From IMG/VR virus record IMGVR_UViG_3300032030_000019: 64,000 nt of DNA; one strand, 5' to 3'. The notes beneath the pieces were generated by a model that was given only the letters and a program-made list of their open reading frames with translations, ran no database searches and was not told the DNA's origin. Shown here in pieces: positions 63,034-64,000 of this stretch; the stretch's first letter is position 1; the number at the start of each line of letters is the position of its first letter. The translations under genes and the position numbers were made by a program. Source of the DNA: a virus (taxonomy: Duplodnaviria > Heunggongvirae > Uroviricota > Caudoviricetes).

Positions 63034-63999
63034 TTATGCATTGACGAAGTTGATTGTAATAGTATTCTCAGCTCCAATGACTTTATCGCTGCCTTTCTCT
63101 GTTGCTTTGAATGTGATTATCTTCGGTGTCTCAGCAACAACTTCTGCTTTAATCCACAGAATAATATCACTTGTACCATCAATTCCAAGATCCTGTGCTG
63201 CAGTGTACTCTGACTGTGGTAAGATACTTCCGTTGTAATAAACATCAGCGTTATTTGCGTTGTATGTAGTATTTACGATAAGCGCAACCCATTTACCATC
63301 ACCCTGACTCGGATCTGACGATGTACTTGTTTGCAATGCCTCGAGGCTACCTGTAACCGTTACTGTAGCACCATCCTGAGTTACTGTTACGGCATCTTGG
63401 TTAGCCTTACAGACCCCCTCATTAGCGTCTTTTGGTGCATTAGCTGACGGTAACTTTGTGATTGTTACACCCAATACAGTCGGCTCGGTATCGCTACCAC
63501 TATCCTCACCCTTCAGTTCAGCGTACAATGCATCATCAATTTTAACTTTCATGCTACTTGACTTCTCAACGTCATCCAACGTAGCCGTAACCGTAATCAC
63601 ACCCGTCTGTGCCAACGTATCGCCCGACGTAAAGGACAATGTAGTACCACTTACGTTCCAGCCTTCGGTTTCTGTTGTAAGTACCAACGTAGCTCCACAA
63701 CCTTCCTCAAGTACCTGGATTATGTCAGCAAAATCAATACCGTCACTGTAATTATCTTTTGTAACTTTAAACGTATAATTTTTCTTGTTTCCCTTGAAGT
63801 CAACGCTAATCAGGTCATACACAACAGTTTCACCCTCAGGAATCGGCTCAAGTCGGTATACTTTCTCAACGTCCTTCATAAGTCTGTACAAAACAGGTTT
63901 TTCTGTGTTTGTTTTAGGGATCACGAAGCTCCAATTCGGTCGCATACATCTCTGATTTACAATTGCGTTAATCTTGTTGAAACGTACGTTCTTAAACAT
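63034..63999 (-). CDS. Thr/Val-rich beta-rich protein, probable virion structural component (possibly Ig-like domains); may be truncated at the window edge
   Basis: TVTVT/GVITVTATL beta-strand repeats; first Met at 63999, one nucleotide from the window end. Confidence 0.4.
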   Translation of the reverse strand: MFKNVRFNKINAIVNQRCMRPNWSFVIPKTNTEKPVLYRLMKDVEKVYRLEPIPEGETVVYDLISVDFKGNKKNYTFKVTKDNYSDGIDFADIIQVLEEGCGATLVLTTETEGWNVSGTTLSFTSGDTLAQTGVITVTATLDDVEKSSSMKVKIDDALYAELKGEDSGSDTEPTVLGVTITKLPSANAPKDANEGVCKANQDAVTVTQDGATVTVTGSLEALQTSTSSDPSQGDGKWVALIVNTTYNANNADVYYNGSILPQSEYTAAQDLGIDGTSDIILWIKAEVVAETPKIITFKATEKGSDKVIGAENTITINFVNA

Positions 64000-64000
64000 A

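Overview
This window looks like one continuous stretch of a large, probably virulent, tailed dsDNA phage genome. Every ORF I consider credible lies on the minus strand. Neighbouring genes are chained by ATGA, TAATG or 7-10 nt stop/start overlaps, and ribosome-binding sites are strong (AAGGAGG-like). Strong Shine-Dalgarno sites, about 40% GC and the anaerobic ribonucleotide reductase suggest an anaerobic host (possibly Firmicutes or Negativicutes), but the host is not established. The window reads as an early/middle replication and host-takeover region that runs into the first structural genes near its right end.

Recognisable genes, from right to left, include:
- an anaerobic class III ribonucleotide reductase NrdD interrupted by two inteins, with its glycyl-radical domain in a separate overlapping ORF;
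- DnaG-like primase, DnaB/gp41-like helicase, a 1374-aa family A DNA polymerase, a 5'-3' exonuclease, a RusA resolvase and an SSB;
- a nicotinamidase (PncA) plus NMN/NaMN adenylyltransferase (NadD) pair and a NUDIX hydrolase;
- phosphopantetheine adenylyltransferase (CoaD), a RelA/SpoT-type HD ppGpp hydrolase, HD and MazG-like NTP pyrophosphohydrolases, GroES and a glutaredoxin-like protein;
- an EcoRI-family-like N6-adenine methyltransferase translationally coupled to a DUF262/HNH nuclease, near a DGQHR (DndB/ParB-like) protein;
- a MoxR AAA+ ATPase with a von Willebrand A / HExxH partner;
- two NusA-like S1-KH-Zn-ribbon proteins, two BspA-type leucine-rich-repeat proteins, and a PNK-like kinase with a metallophosphoesterase.

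There are also two families of small paralogous proteins with conserved C-terminal tails, a repeated intergenic motif, a family of terminators with similar stems, and a highly structured non-coding island around 32.0-33.2 kb. I saw no rRNA or CRISPR array, and could not confirm any tRNA by eye. Functional calls rest on motifs I can read in the translations; no database search was possible.
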